Assembly (NCBI GenBank): GCA_001873285.1
Contig: MNYV01000083.1
Location: 1 to 41,345 of the forward strand
DNA from: Nitrospirae bacterium CG2_30_53_67
Lineage (GTDB): Bacteria > CG2-30-53-67
Direction: 5' to 3'
Length of the DNA stretch: 41,345 nucleotides
The notes beneath the pieces are model-generated. The model was not told the DNA's origin and ran no database searches. It saw nothing but the letters and a program-made list of their open reading frames with translations. Below, piece by piece: positions 8,310 to 20,987 of this stretch (the stretch's first letter is position 1; every line of letters begins with the position of its first letter). The position numbers and the translations under genes were made by a program.

Positions 8310-9128
8310 TTACCCTTTCGATTTGACGCCTGGTCTTACGGCCTTCTTCTTCAGCAGATTGTCGACCTTTCGAAGAATAATCTCTTTGTTGGGATAGTCT
8401 TTCTCCAAAGACCCCAGCACGCTGACGGCCTCTTCGGTTTCACCCATCTCTTCGAGGGTGTCCGCCAAACCAAGTTTTGCATTCGCAGCCAAGGGGCTGT
8501 CACCGTACAGGGCAATAAAGTTTTCAAATCCCTTTCTGGCCTCTGCAAATTTTCCCTGCCTGAAATGGATCACACAGATCCAGTAAGCGGCGGCATCCCG
8601 GTATTCGCCGGCGCCGTAACGATCGAGAAGCGCGGAGTATTCCATCTCTGCCTGTTCATCATCGCCGAGAGCCATGTAACACTGGGCGATCTGGAACTGC
8701 GCCTCTGCCAAAAGCTTGGATCCGGGAAACTGGTTGACCAACTTCTGGAATTCGACAATGGCCTTTTTGTAATCTTTTAGATCCGAGTAATAGATGTCCG
8801 CAATGGTTTCCTGTGCCTTTTCACAATAGGGGGTAATATTCCCCTGAGAAACCGCTCCTCTAAAAAAAAACAGGGCCTCTTTGGGCTGTTTTTTAAAGAG
8901 CCGGTGAACCCTTCCGATGAAATACAGGGCTTCTTGTGAGGTTGGCGAGTTTGGAGATCGTTCGGCTGCCCTGTTATAATAGGAAAGGGCTTCTTCCACC
9001 TTCCCTTCCCGCAGGGCATCTCCGGCTTTGAGAAGGAATTCCGACGAGGAGGTATTCCGGCAGGCTGTAAACAAGATCAGAATAAAAAACAAAATGCCAT
9101 TGACTTTAACCGGCCGGTTCCTCCTCAT
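8310..9128 (-). CDS. Tetratricopeptide-repeat lipoprotein (BamD/CpoB-like TPR fold)
   Basis: From ATG 9128: basic N-region, hydrophobic ILFFILILF, lipobox FTA-C, then TPR repeats ([24 protein letters not shown]). Start uncertain; overlaps the gyrA 3' end. Confidence 0.75.
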   Translation of the reverse strand: MRRNRPVKVNGILFFILILFTACRNTSSSEFLLKAGDALREGKVEEALSYYNRAAERSPNSPTSQEALYFIGRVHRLFKKQPKEALFFFRGAVSQGNITPYCEKAQETIADIYYSDLKDYKKAIVEFQKLVNQFPGSKLLAEAQFQIAQCYMALGDDEQAEMEYSALLDRYGAGEYRDAAAYWICVIHFRQGKFAEARKGFENFIALYGDSPLAANAKLGLADTLEEMGETEEAVSVLGSLEKDYPNKEIILRKVDNLLKKKAVRPGVKSKG

Positions 9129-11556
9129 CCTCTTTCTCCGCCAGTGTGGCAATACCTGTAACCTTGTCATTTTTTTCTATCCCGATGAGTTTCACTCCCT
9201 GGGTGTTCCGGCCGATCACAGAAACCCCGCTGACCTTCATTCGAATGACCTGTCCGTTCCGGGTGATCATCATCAGATCGTCTTCGTCCGTGACCTGCCA
9301 GATGCCGACAACCTTGCCGTTTCTCTCTGTGGTCTTGATGGTGATCACCCCTTTTCCTCCCCGGCTTTGAACGGGATACTCGGAAACACTGGTCCGCTTT
9401 CCATATCCGTTTTCGGCTACCGCAAGGAGGGTGGCCGCCGGATTCACCACTTCCATGCCGACCACTTCGTCGCCCTTGCGAAGGGAGATCCCCTTCACCC
9501 CCCTGGAGACTCTCCCCATGGATCTGACCTGGGACTCATGGAACCGGATAGCGAATCCGTCTCTGGTCCCCAAAAGGATATCCTGTTCATTGTTGGTGAT
9601 GGCGGTACGGATCAACTCATCGCCGGAGTCCAAGGTCAGGGCCGTAATTCCGTTCGCGCGCGGGCGGCTATAAGCGGAAAGAGCGGTCTTCTTGACGATC
9701 CCTTTCTTCGTGGCCATGATGATAAACTTATTTTCTTCAAAATCCTTGACCGGAAGCGTATTCGTGATCTTCTGCTCGGACCCGATCTGCAGGAGATTGA
9801 CCATGGCCTTGCCGCGGGCGGCACGCCCGGCCTGAGGGATCTCATGAACCTTCAGCCAATAGACCTTCCCGCCGTCCGTAAAGAAAAGGAGGTAGTCGTG
9901 CGTCCTGGCTACGAAAAGCCGCTCGACAAAATCCTCCTCTTTGGTGTCCATGCCGGTGACACCCCGGCCTCCCCGCCGCTGTGCACGGTAAAGGCTCACG
10001 GCGTTTCTTTTGATATATCCGGAATGGGAAATGGTGATCACCATATCCTCTTCGGCGATCAGATCCTCCAGCTTGATTTCCGATTTTTGAGCGACGATCT
10101 CGGTTCTTCTCGGATCTCCATATCTTTCCCGGATCTCCTTCAACTCCTCCCTGATGATTTTCAGAACCTCTTCGTCATGGGCCAGGATATACTGAAGTTT
10201 TTTGATCAGCTCATAGGTCTCTTTGAGTTCAGACAGGATCTTGTTCCTCTCCATGCCGGTCAGGCGCTGAAGCCTCATGTCCAGGACGGCTCTGGCTTGT
10301 GCCTCTGATAGGGCATATTCCTTGATCAGGGCGAATCTGGCGGCCTCGGGATCCGAGGAGTTTCTGATCAGCCGGATCACCGCATCCAGGTTGTCGAGAA
10401 CGATCTTAAACCCCTCCAGGATATGCGCCCGGTCCTGGGCGCGTTTAAGGTCGAAAAGACTCCTCCGAGTCACGACCTCCTTCCGGTGGTCTAAAAAGAG
10501 CCGAAGCATCTCCATGAGGGTCAGGACCCGAGGCTGATTGTTGACCAGGGCCAGCATGATCACGCCGAACGTGGTCCTGAGATTGGTATGTTTGAAAAGC
10601 CGGTTCAGAAGGACCTCTGCTACTTCGTATTTGCGCAGTTCCAGGACGATCCGCATGCCGTCACGGTCGGATTCATCCCGGATATCCGTAATCCCTTCAA
10701 CCTTTTTATCCTGCACCAGATGTGCGATATCCTCGATGAGTTTAGCTTTGTTCAATCCATACGGAATCTCGGTAATCACAATGGCGTCCTTGGCCCCTTT
10801 TCTCTGAGACCTCTCGACCAGGGTCCTGGCTTGAAGGGTCAGTTTGCCCCGGCCGGTGGTATAGGCCTCCCGAATTCCTTCCTGCCCGAGGATAAACCCC
10901 CCGGTGGGAAAATCCGGGCCATGGAGAACGGTTAAGATCTCATTGATCCCGGCCGCAGGATGGTCGATCAGGAGGTTCAGGGCATCCACGATTTCATTAA
11001 GATTGTGCGGCGGAATGTTGGTGGCCATTCCCACGGCGATTCCTGAAGACCCATTGATCAGGAGATTGGGTATTTGAGTCGGGAGGACCGCCGGCTCCTG
11101 ATGGGAACCATCAAAATTCGGCATGTAATCGATGGTTTCCTTGTCAATATCGGCCAGCATCTCTTCGGCGATCCGGGTCAGCCGGGCTTCGGTGTACCGA
11201 TAGGCCGCTGCAGAATCCCCATCGACCGAACCGAAATTCCCCTGACCGTCAATGAGCGGATAACGCAGGTTCCATTCCTGGGCCATGCGCACCATGCTGT
11301 CATAGACCGCGGAGTCGCCATGGGGATGAAATTTTTTGAGAACCTCTCCGACCACCCCGGCCGACTTGGAGTGTTTTTTGTTGGAAAGAAGGCCCTCCCG
11401 AAACATGGCATACAGGATTCGCCGATGAACAGGCTTGAGGCCGTCCCGGATATCCGGCAGGGCCCTCCCTACGATGACGCTCATGGAATAGTCCAGGTAG
11501 GACCGTTTCATGGTTTCTTCAATATTCATGGGTAGGATGACGCCTTGTTGTTCCAT
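9106..11556 (-). CDS. gyrA: DNA gyrase subunit A
   Basis: [25 protein letters not shown], catalytic AAYRYTEAR, GyrA-box QRRGGRG, beta-pinwheel C-terminal domain, acidic tail. Confidence 0.98.
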   Translation of the reverse strand: MEQQGVILPMNIEETMKRSYLDYSMSVIVGRALPDIRDGLKPVHRRILYAMFREGLLSNKKHSKSAGVVGEVLKKFHPHGDSAVYDSMVRMAQEWNLRYPLIDGQGNFGSVDGDSAAAYRYTEARLTRIAEEMLADIDKETIDYMPNFDGSHQEPAVLPTQIPNLLINGSSGIAVGMATNIPPHNLNEIVDALNLLIDHPAAGINEILTVLHGPDFPTGGFILGQEGIREAYTTGRGKLTLQARTLVERSQRKGAKDAIVITEIPYGLNKAKLIEDIAHLVQDKKVEGITDIRDESDRDGMRIVLELRKYEVAEVLLNRLFKHTNLRTTFGVIMLALVNNQPRVLTLMEMLRLFLDHRKEVVTRRSLFDLKRAQDRAHILEGFKIVLDNLDAVIRLIRNSSDPEAARFALIKEYALSEAQARAVLDMRLQRLTGMERNKILSELKETYELIKKLQYILAHDEEVLKIIREELKEIRERYGDPRRTEIVAQKSEIKLEDLIAEEDMVITISHSGYIKRNAVSLYRAQRRGGRGVTGMDTKEEDFVERLFVARTHDYLLFFTDGGKVYWLKVHEIPQAGRAARGKAMVNLLQIGSEQKITNTLPVKDFEENKFIIMATKKGIVKKTALSAYSRPRANGITALTLDSGDELIRTAITNNEQDILLGTRDGFAIRFHESQVRSMGRVSRGVKGISLRKGDEVVGMEVVNPAATLLAVAENGYGKRTSVSEYPVQSRGGKGVITIKTTERNGKVVGIWQVTDEDDLMMITRNGQVIRMKVSGVSVIGRNTQGVKLIGIEKNDKVTGIATLAEKEDEEEPAG

Positions 11557-11570
11557 CTTCTTCCTCTTTT

Positions 11571-11610
11571 TAAATCACTCAACCCCCGGCTTTGTCGGGG
11601 GTTAAGTGAT

Positions 11611-11613
<3 letters not shown>
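11571..11613. other. Strong 20-bp-stem palindrome between gyrB and gyrA
   Basis: taaatcactcaacccccggc-ttt-gtcgggggttaagtgattta; its right end includes the gyrB stop. Confidence 0.7.
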
Positions 11614-14073
<2,460 letters not shown>

Positions 14074-14093
14074 TTATTTTTCTAAGTCGAAAC

Positions 14094-14122
14094 ATTTTAC
14101 ATTTTTTCTCTCTATGTTACAA
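14094..14122 (-). promoter_or_regulatory. Candidate internal sigma70 promoter for gyrB
   Basis: TTGTAA-N17-TAAAAT overlapping the recF stop. Confidence 0.5.
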
Positions 14123-15239
14123 GAATTATCTCTCCTTTTTGTACCTGAAAGATCCTGGCGCAGGACTTCATTTTTCCGACAAAGCTGTCGTCTGTCGTCG
14201 TCAAGAAAACCTGACCGAGACTCTCGATCTGTTTACACAGAATCTCCTGCCTCTTGCGATCCAGTTCCGAAGTGACATCATCGAGCAAAAGAACCGGAAA
14301 GCGTCCCTTTTTATTGCGGTAGAGTTTGGCCTCACTGAGCGTCAGGGAAATGGCAAACATGCGCATTTCACCCCGGGATGAACCCGGCTTGAGCGGCCGG
14401 CCGTCCACTAAAAAGTCAAGATCATCCAGGTGCGGACCGATCAGACCGGTTCTCTGACGGACCTCTTCATCCTCCTTTTGTTCGATGCCCTGACGAAAAC
14501 GGCCGGTCCATACGGAAAGATCCGCCATCGCCCCATTGAGCTTGGGAATTCGAAACCATGAAGAATGATATTGGATTCGAATCTCCGCCGCTTTTTGAAA
14601 GAATGCTTTAAAGACTTCCCTTAAGACCGGCGCAAGATCGCGGAGATAATCAAGCCGTTTTTCCAGGATCCGGCTCCCGGTCTGAACCAGTTGTTCATTC
14701 CAGGCTTTCAGGGTCTCCCTGGGCGCCTTGGACTCATGGATCAAGCGCAATAATCGGTTGCGCTGATACAGGACCCTCTTATATTCTTTGAGTTGGAGCA
14801 GATAGTTCCGATCGATTCTCGAGATGGCGGTGTCCATAAAGCGCCGCCTGAATTCCGGCCCTCCTTGAACCCATTTGAGACTATCCGGGGAAAAAAGGAG
14901 GGCGGCAAACTCTCCGAAATAATCAACCCCTCTCCCGACGGCATGCCCGTTTACCTTGACGATCTTCCCCCCTTCCCGGATAAAGACCATGAGTTCCTTT
15001 TGAACGCCGCCGGAGCGGATCCGCCCCAGGATCCGGCCATAGGTTGCTCCGTACAGAATCAGGTCTTTTAAATGGGCCGAACGGAAGGAGGAAAGATTGG
15101 AAAGGATATAGATGGATTCCAGTAGATTGGTTTTGCCCTGGCCGTTCTCACCGCACAGGATATGGACCCCTTCGGTCAGTTCAAGATCGCAGGCATGTAG
15201 ATTTCTAAAGTCACGGAGGATGAGTCTCTGAATATTCAT
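14112..15239 (-). CDS. recF: DNA replication/repair protein RecF
   Basis: LRDFRN, Walker A GENGQGKTNLLE, GPEFRRRFMD, GPHLDD, LLLDDVTSELD. Real start is most likely ATG 15239; the 72 extra N-terminal residues in the ORF track come mostly from the MITE. Confidence 0.95.
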   Translation of the reverse strand: MNIQRLILRDFRNLHACDLELTEGVHILCGENGQGKTNLLESIYILSNLSSFRSAHLKDLILYGATYGRILGRIRSGGVQKELMVFIREGGKIVKVNGHAVGRGVDYFGEFAALLFSPDSLKWVQGGPEFRRRFMDTAISRIDRNYLLQLKEYKRVLYQRNRLLRLIHESKAPRETLKAWNEQLVQTGSRILEKRLDYLRDLAPVLREVFKAFFQKAAEIRIQYHSSWFRIPKLNGAMADLSVWTGRFRQGIEQKEDEEVRQRTGLIGPHLDDLDFLVDGRPLKPGSSRGEMRMFAISLTLSEAKLYRNKKGRFPVLLLDDVTSELDRKRQEILCKQIESLGQVFLTTTDDSFVGKMKSCARIFQVQKGEIILVT

Positions 15240-15294
15240 GAATTGAGGTTGTTCGCAGTCCGGGGCGGACCGGGTAAAAAGGGATTTCCACTTA

Positions 15295-15455
15295 GTGGCC
15301 CTATTCGTAAATACGGTGGCATTCGAGTGCCGTAGGGCGGTCTCCTCGGCGTTGTGCTCCTTGCGGTGTACCAGAGGGTACGCCTCAGTCGCGCGCGGGG
15401 ATGAGACCGCCCTACGACCCTCTCGGTGCGTCACCCTATTTACGAACAGGACCAC
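15295..15455. mobile_element. MITE copy A (161 bp), inserted at the dnaN TAA stop
   Basis: 19-bp imperfect TIRs GTGGCCCTATTCGTAAATA / TATTTACGAACAGGACCAC; TTA direct repeat at 15292-15294 and 15456-15458; homologous to copies B and C. Confidence 0.88.
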
Positions 15456-16574
15456 TTAGACCCGCATAGGCATAATGACGCCTATAAATCCAGGGTCCAA
15501 AGGATCTTCTATCCGGGAAGGACTGAGTGAATCACGGAAAAGAATCCGGACCTCCTCTCCCTGCAAGGAAGAAAGGATGTCTTGTATATATCGAACATTG
15601 AACCCCACGTCCAAATCGGAGTTCTGATAGTCCGTGGAAAGGTTTTCTTTTGCCTCTCCCACTTCCGGATTGTTGGATGAGACCTGAAGTTCCCCGCGTC
15701 TAAGCGAAAGTTTTATGGAATTGGTCTTCTCATCCGAGAGGATAGAGACCCGCCGGATGGCCCCTTGAAACAACTCTCGATTAATGATCAGAAGGTTTTC
15801 GTTCTCCTTTGGAATGACCTCTTCATAATTAGGAAACTTGGCATCAATGAGACGTGAAAGGAGGGTATAATTTCCTTCCTGAAAAACAATGTGGTTTTCT
15901 GAAACTGCGATCTCAACCCCCTTGTGTTCCCCTTCGTCCAAAAACTTCTTCAATTCGAGGATGGCCTTTCTGGGGATGATCACTTTGATTTCGGAATCTT
16001 GGCGGCCGGAAGATGGGATCTCCCTTGAGGCCAGGGAGAGACGATGGCCGTCTGTCGCCACCATCTCAACAGATTTTCTTTTGCTTTCGAAAACATGAAA
16101 CAGGATGCCGTTCAGGGAGATCCGAGTCAGATCCGAGGAGACGGCATAAGATGTTTTTTTGATCATTTCCTGAAGTATCGCGGCCGGAATAGATAATTTT
16201 GCGGTTTCCTTGATCTCAGGAAAAGAGGGGTATTCCTCCGCTGAAAGTGAACGAAGCTTGAAACTCGACTTGCCGGAATGGATGATGATCTGCTGATGCT
16301 CGTCGGATTCGACATGGATCGTTTCCTCTTTTAGTTCCTTCACAATTTCATAAAATTTGCGCGCCGATACGGTGGTCTTGCCCGGATTCAAGACCTCCGC
16401 AGATACGAAATCGAGGAGGCCGATCTCCAGATCCGTCGCGAAGAGTTGTATTCCCTTCTTTTGGGTCTCCATCCTGACGTTTGAAAGAATCGGCATGGTG
16501 TTGCGGGTCTGCACAATCCCCTGAATTTTATGCAATCCGGAAACAAGGTCGTTCTTGTTGGCTTTGAGTTTCAT
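15456..16574 (-). CDS. dnaN: DNA polymerase III beta sliding clamp
   Basis: TMPILSNV, ATDLE, VATDGHRL, LIDAKFPNY, C-terminal IMPMRV. Confidence 0.97.
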   Translation of the reverse strand: MKLKANKNDLVSGLHKIQGIVQTRNTMPILSNVRMETQKKGIQLFATDLEIGLLDFVSAEVLNPGKTTVSARKFYEIVKELKEETIHVESDEHQQIIIHSGKSSFKLRSLSAEEYPSFPEIKETAKLSIPAAILQEMIKKTSYAVSSDLTRISLNGILFHVFESKRKSVEMVATDGHRLSLASREIPSSGRQDSEIKVIIPRKAILELKKFLDEGEHKGVEIAVSENHIVFQEGNYTLLSRLIDAKFPNYEEVIPKENENLLIINRELFQGAIRRVSILSDEKTNSIKLSLRRGELQVSSNNPEVGEAKENLSTDYQNSDLDVGFNVRYIQDILSSLQGEEVRILFRDSLSPSRIEDPLDPGFIGVIMPMRV

Positions 16575-16590
16575 CCAACGCGCTCCTCTG

Positions 16591-17949
16591 TTATTGAGAT
16601 TGAGTTTCTTCCATTAGTTTTTGGACCATGGCCGCGAAGTCTTCCTTCTTTTTCATCTTGCTCTCAATGTTACGGCATGCATGAATGACCGTCGTATGGT
16701 CTTTGCCGCCAAAGGATTTGCCTATTTCAGGAAGGGATTTGTCCGTCAACTTCCGGCATAGGTACATAGACACCTGTCTGGGTAAGACAATGGTTTGCGT
16801 TCTTTTTTTGGATCGGAGATCGGCCACTCGTACATTGAAATGTTCAGAAACTTTTTTTTGTATCTTTTCTATGGTGACGATATCTTCCTTCTCATTGAGA
16901 AAATCTTTTAGGACCGTCTTGGCCAAGTCTATGGTCACTTCCTGGCCAGACAAGGATGAGAAGGCACCTAATTTGATCAGGGATCCTTCCAGTTCACGCA
17001 CGTTGGATCGAATTTTTTTCGCTAAAAACAGACCCACATCATTGGGAAGGTTGATCCTTTCAATTTCCGCTTTTTTGCGAAGGATGGCAACCTTGGTCTC
17101 AAGATCAGGGGGGTGGATGTCGGCAAGGAGCCCCCATTCAAAACGGGAACGCAGCCTCTCCTCAAGATTTTGAATCTCTTTCGGGTAGCGGTCACTGGAA
17201 AAAACAAGCTGTTTTCTGGAGTCATATAAGGCATTAAACGTATGAAAAAACTCCTCTTGAGTTCTTTCCTTATCGGACAGGAACTGGATATCATCTACCA
17301 TCAGGACATCCATGTTCCGGTATTTGTTTCTGAACTGGGACATGCGATCATAACGAATACAGCTGATCATTTCGTTCATGAAGTGTTCCGTACTGACAAA
17401 CGTAACCCGAATATTTGCATTCTTGGCCAGGATGTGATGTCCGATCGCATGCATCAGGTGCGTCTTTCCGAGTCCGACACCTCCATATATGAAAAGTGGA
17501 TTATAGGCCTTATAGAGCACTTCGGCGACCGCGCGTGCGGCGGCATGTGCAAACTGGTTGCTTGGGCCGACCACAAAATTTTCAAATGTAAACCTTGGAT
17601 TAAGAAATGAGCGTTCTTTTGTAGAGGTGTAATCCTGTCTTTGAGGAAAGGTTATAACCGGAATCTCTTGGACGTTTACGTTTTGCTCTTTTTCTTGGTC
17701 GATAGATCCCGTTAATTTTTTGTTCACGGAAAATATAAGGGTTTTTTTCAAATCCATGGCGGCGAGGAGATCCTTGATGATATCGAGATAATGTTTCTCT
17801 ATCCATTCCTTAGAAAACTTGCTTGGAACGGAAACCATAATCTCATTTTCGTTTTCTTGAAAGAGTTGGGTGGGTTTGAGCCACGTTTCGAAACCTTGTC
17901 TTGGGATTTGTTTGCTAAGTCTTTGCGTGATTTCATCCCAAGTATTCAT
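16591..17949 (-). CDS. dnaA: Chromosomal replication initiator DnaA
   Basis: LNPRFTFENFVVG, YNPLFIYGGVGLGKTHL, DDIQF, QEEFFHTFN, FGGKDHTTV. Start is ATG 17949 or TTG 17958. Confidence 0.98.
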   Translation of the reverse strand: MNTWDEITQRLSKQIPRQGFETWLKPTQLFQENENEIMVSVPSKFSKEWIEKHYLDIIKDLLAAMDLKKTLIFSVNKKLTGSIDQEKEQNVNVQEIPVITFPQRQDYTSTKERSFLNPRFTFENFVVGPSNQFAHAAARAVAEVLYKAYNPLFIYGGVGLGKTHLMHAIGHHILAKNANIRVTFVSTEHFMNEMISCIRYDRMSQFRNKYRNMDVLMVDDIQFLSDKERTQEEFFHTFNALYDSRKQLVFSSDRYPKEIQNLEERLRSRFEWGLLADIHPPDLETKVAILRKKAEIERINLPNDVGLFLAKKIRSNVRELEGSLIKLGAFSSLSGQEVTIDLAKTVLKDFLNEKEDIVTIEKIQKKVSEHFNVRVADLRSKKRTQTIVLPRQVSMYLCRKLTDKSLPEIGKSFGGKDHTTVIHACRNIESKMKKKEDFAAMVQKLMEETQSQ

Positions 17950-17958
17950 AACGTTCAA

Positions 17959-18520
17959 GCCTATATTGAAAAATATAAAAAATTAGTTGTATTTTACTGC
18001 AAATCTAAACTTATCAACAGGTTTATCCACACCTGTGAATAATGGATATTTAATTTATAATTCAATGGGTTATCATGGAAAAATCCCTTAATGTTTAATA
18101 GATTTTTATGTGAGGATCGTTCTTTTCCCCATTTTCTGGGTCTCCTGTTGTCTGCTTCTTTTTCTTAATGTCTTCGTTGAAAGATAGGGCATCTAAAATA
18201 GCAAAAGGCTTTTTTGATAGCAAGCACTTTTTTCATTAAATGATTTTTATATTTTTTATAAAACTTGCGGCTCTGTGTATAATCTGTATTTTCTGTGTGA
18301 ACTTTTTATATAAGAAGTGGAAAGATATTATCCGATGTGTAAAACAAGAAAGCATGCCCTTTATGTTTCACAAACAAACTTCATGCTAAGTTGTATAGCA
18401 GACCTCAGAATATCGTTTCTCTCCACTAAACTCCCAACCGTTACTATTACTACTTCTTTGATTAACCTATTTATTAAGTAATAAAAGGCTCATGTTTAAA
18501 TAGGGATTTTCCCCTTTTAT
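17959..18520. other. oriC: Chromosomal origin of replication (oriC)
   Basis: AT-rich dnaA-rpmH intergenic region. DnaA boxes: TTATCAACA 18011-18019, TTATCCACA 18023-18031, TGTGAATAA 18034-18042, TGTGTATAA 18274-18282, TGTGTAAAA 18336-18344. DnaA-trio-like TACTATTACTACTTC at 18442-18456 followed by an AT-rich tract. Gene orientation diverges here. Confidence 0.88.
18195..18223 (-). promoter_or_regulatory. Candidate dnaA promoter
   Basis: TTGCTA-N17-TATTTT with an extended -10 TG; DnaA boxes lie downstream in the leader, consistent with autoregulation. Confidence 0.45.
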
Positions 18521-18522
18521 TC

Positions 18523-18551
18523 TTGACATTAAAACCATGAATGAATATACT
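18523..18551 (+). promoter_or_regulatory. sigma70 promoter of the rpmH-rnpA-yidD-yidC operon
   Basis: TTGACA-N17-TATACT, near consensus. Confidence 0.8.
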
Positions 18552-18582
18552 TTTTTTTTGATAATATCAAAAGGAGCAGGAT

Positions 18583-18717
18583 ATGTCCGTCACTTTAAAA
18601 CCCAACAATCGTAAAAAGAAAAAAACGCACGGATTTATGATCCGCATGAAGAGCAAGGCGGGCCGCAAGATCATACAGAGACGCCGGGCTAAAGGAAAGA
18701 AAAAATTAACGGTATAA
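18583..18717 (+). CDS. rpmH: 50S ribosomal protein L34 (absent from the ORF track)
   Basis: MSVTLKPNNRKKKKTHGFMIRMKSKAGRKIIQRRRAKGKKKLTV (44 aa); AAGGAG RBS; THGF..RM and RRRAKG motifs; canonical position. Confidence 0.95.
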   Translation: MSVTLKPNNRKKKKTHGFMIRMKSKAGRKIIQRRRAKGKKKLTV

Positions 18718-18741
18718 AAATCCGGATGGTACGGCCTACTG

Positions 18742-19080
18742 ATGAAAGATATCTGGATTAGAAGCACATGGGAATATAAAAAAATATACAGGGAGGGGAT
18801 TAAAGAAACAGGGAAAAGGGTCATTATCTATGCTGATCAACATGAGGGAGAGCAATCCCGTTTCGGAATAGCAGTAACCCGCAGGATAGGAAAAGCCGTC
18901 GTTCGAAATAGAATCAAAAGAGTTTTGAGGGAAATCATACGTAAGAATCTTAACCATTTTCAAGGAGGTTTTAATACAGCAGTGGTGGCAAGGGTGAAAA
19001 TTATTTCATCCTCATTTCAAGAGATTGAAAATGAACTATTGGACCTTCTAAAAAAGTCCCTGGGACCGAAAGATCCGTAA
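18742..19080 (+). CDS. rnpA: Ribonuclease P protein component
   Basis: RFGIAVTRRIGKAVVRNRIKRVLRE (RNR motif). Confidence 0.93.
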   Translation: MKDIWIRSTWEYKKIYREGIKETGKRVIIYADQHEGEQSRFGIAVTRRIGKAVVRNRIKRVLREIIRKNLNHFQGGFNTAVVARVKIISSSFQEIENELLDLLKKSLGPKDP

Positions 19081-19088
19081 ATCCGTGA

Positions 19089-19334
19089 ATGATAATGAAA
19101 CAGAAAAGCGTGAAACATGATTTTATCAAAATGTTTAACGTAAAATTAATACGTCTCTATCAACGCTGGATATCCCCTTTTCATTTTGGAGCATGCCGTT
19201 TTTTCCCTTCATGTTCAGAATATACCCTTGAGGCCATCTTGAAACATGGCGTATGCAAAGGATGGTTGATCGGTATCCTGAGAATTTTAAAGTGCCATCC
19301 TTTTCATGCCGGAGGGTATGATCCACTGAAGTAG
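19089..19334 (+). CDS. yidD: Membrane protein insertion efficiency factor YidD
   Basis: YQRWISP, CRFFPSCSEY, RILKCHPFHAGGYDP. Confidence 0.93.
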   Translation: MIMKQKSVKHDFIKMFNVKLIRLYQRWISPFHFGACRFFPSCSEYTLEAILKHGVCKGWLIGILRILKCHPFHAGGYDPLK

Positions 19335-19381
19335 CCCCCTTTTTTATTTACGGAAAGCGGTTTGTCATAGGAGAAAAACGG

Positions 19382-20956
19382 ATGGAAAAAAGGGCAATGC
19401 TGGCCTTTATCCTGTCTCTAATCGTCCTTTTAGCGTACCAGTATCTGTTCTTTCCAAAGGGACAAAAACAGAATCCTGTCCCGCAGATGGAAGAAGTTCA
19501 GAAAAAAGATCCGGGAAAAAAGTCCATAGAAGAACCGGAAACAAAAGAGAAGATTCCTTCTCTACGCGAGAATATGCCTTGGAAGGGCGAAGAAGAAATA
19601 GTCTCTGTTGAAACAGATTTGGCCATATACCGGATTTCAACGCGTGATGCCGTTATAAAAGAGATTGTTTTAAAAAAATATAAAGATGATAAGGGGGAAC
19701 CCGTACGCCTGGTTCCTGAGGATACGGCGTTATATCCACTGCAGATCATTTCAGAGGAAGAAGGAGGGTTGAATTTTACTCCTTCCAGAAAAGAAATCAA
19801 GGTCGGTGACCAGAAGGAAAACCTGGTCATGTCTTTTGTAGAACCCAACGGGAAAAGAATCGAAAAGATCTTTGAGTTTAAGCGGGACAGTTATGGGATT
19901 CATATTCAAATCACCCAAAACCTGCTGAAAAAATACCATCTGCTGGCAGGATCCTATCTGATTAAACCAAAAGAAAAAGCGGACAGTGGCACGGCGCATG
20001 CCGGACCGGTCATTGATTTGCAAGGAGAGATCAAAAGGGTTTCGTCCAAGGAAATCAAAGAGAGCAAGACCTTTTCCGGTAACATACCCTGGATTGCGCT
20101 TGAAGAAAAATATTTTATGACCGCGCTCCTTCCTGAAAAAACGGATACGGTTGCAATATTGGAGCGGCTTGAAAAGAAAGAGGGCCCCAACGTGTTTTTG
20201 GGGCTTTTGGGGGACGATGAGGATCTTTCATTTGTTTTTTTTGCGGGTCCGAAAGATTATGAACTTCTAAAATCTTTTGGGCGCGACCTGGAAAAGGTGA
20301 TCAACTTCGGGATGTTCGGTGTGCTTGCAAAACCGATCTTTTATATTCTTAAAGGAACCTACCGGTATGTCAGGAACTATGGATTGGCCATTATTCTTTT
20401 AACAACGTTTATCAAGATCATTTTTTGGCCCTTGACCCAGAAGCAACAAAAGTCCATGCAGCAGATGCAAAAAATTCAGCCGGAGATCAATGTGATCCGG
20501 GAACGACATAAAAACGATCAACAGCGAATAACCACGGAGACCATGGCGCTCTATAAGAAATATAAGGTTAATCCGGCGGCAGGATGCCTTCCCCTTTTAA
20601 TTCAGATTCCTGTTTTTTTTGCGCTGTATAATGTCCTACTGAATGCCATTGAACTTCGGGGTTCACCCTTTCTCTACATAAAAGATCTTTCCGCCGCAGA
20701 TACGCTGTTTGGACACGTCTACGGGTTTTCAATCGGACCCCTCCCCCTTCTGATGGGCGTAAGCATGTATATTCAACAAAAGATGATGCCGACCACCATG
20801 GATCCCAAACAGGCAAAAATTTTTCAATTCATGCCTTTGATTTTTACATTCATGTTTTTAAATTTTCCTTCCGGGCTGGTCTTATACTGGCTGGTCAATA
20901 ATATATTGACCATCGTTCAGCAATACTTTATCAACAAACGAAAACTGGTTTCCTGA
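19382..20956 (+). CDS. yidC: Membrane protein insertase YidC
   Basis: N-terminal TM segment, periplasmic domain, NYGLAIILLT, GCLPLLIQIPVFFALY, FPSGLVLYWLVNN. Confidence 0.96.
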   Translation: MEKRAMLAFILSLIVLLAYQYLFFPKGQKQNPVPQMEEVQKKDPGKKSIEEPETKEKIPSLRENMPWKGEEEIVSVETDLAIYRISTRDAVIKEIVLKKYKDDKGEPVRLVPEDTALYPLQIISEEEGGLNFTPSRKEIKVGDQKENLVMSFVEPNGKRIEKIFEFKRDSYGIHIQITQNLLKKYHLLAGSYLIKPKEKADSGTAHAGPVIDLQGEIKRVSSKEIKESKTFSGNIPWIALEEKYFMTALLPEKTDTVAILERLEKKEGPNVFLGLLGDDEDLSFVFFAGPKDYELLKSFGRDLEKVINFGMFGVLAKPIFYILKGTYRYVRNYGLAIILLTTFIKIIFWPLTQKQQKSMQQMQKIQPEINVIRERHKNDQQRITTETMALYKKYKVNPAAGCLPLLIQIPVFFALYNVLLNAIELRGSPFLYIKDLSAADTLFGHVYGFSIGPLPLLMGVSMYIQQKMMPTTMDPKQAKIFQFMPLIFTFMFLNFPSGLVLYWLVNNILTIVQQYFINKRKLVS

Positions 20957-20987
20957 AAAAAGAGCAGTGATATGGGAGGTTTGGAAT

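Noticed and set aside
9028..10308. 426-aa ORF on the + strand, and similar long antisense ORFs over serS, gyrB and the por genes
   Set aside because: They lie antisense to conserved genes, have no recognisable motifs, and are expected shadows of codon bias.
18567..18963. Minus-strand ORFs of 85 and 75 aa
   Set aside because: They are antisense to rpmH and rnpA.
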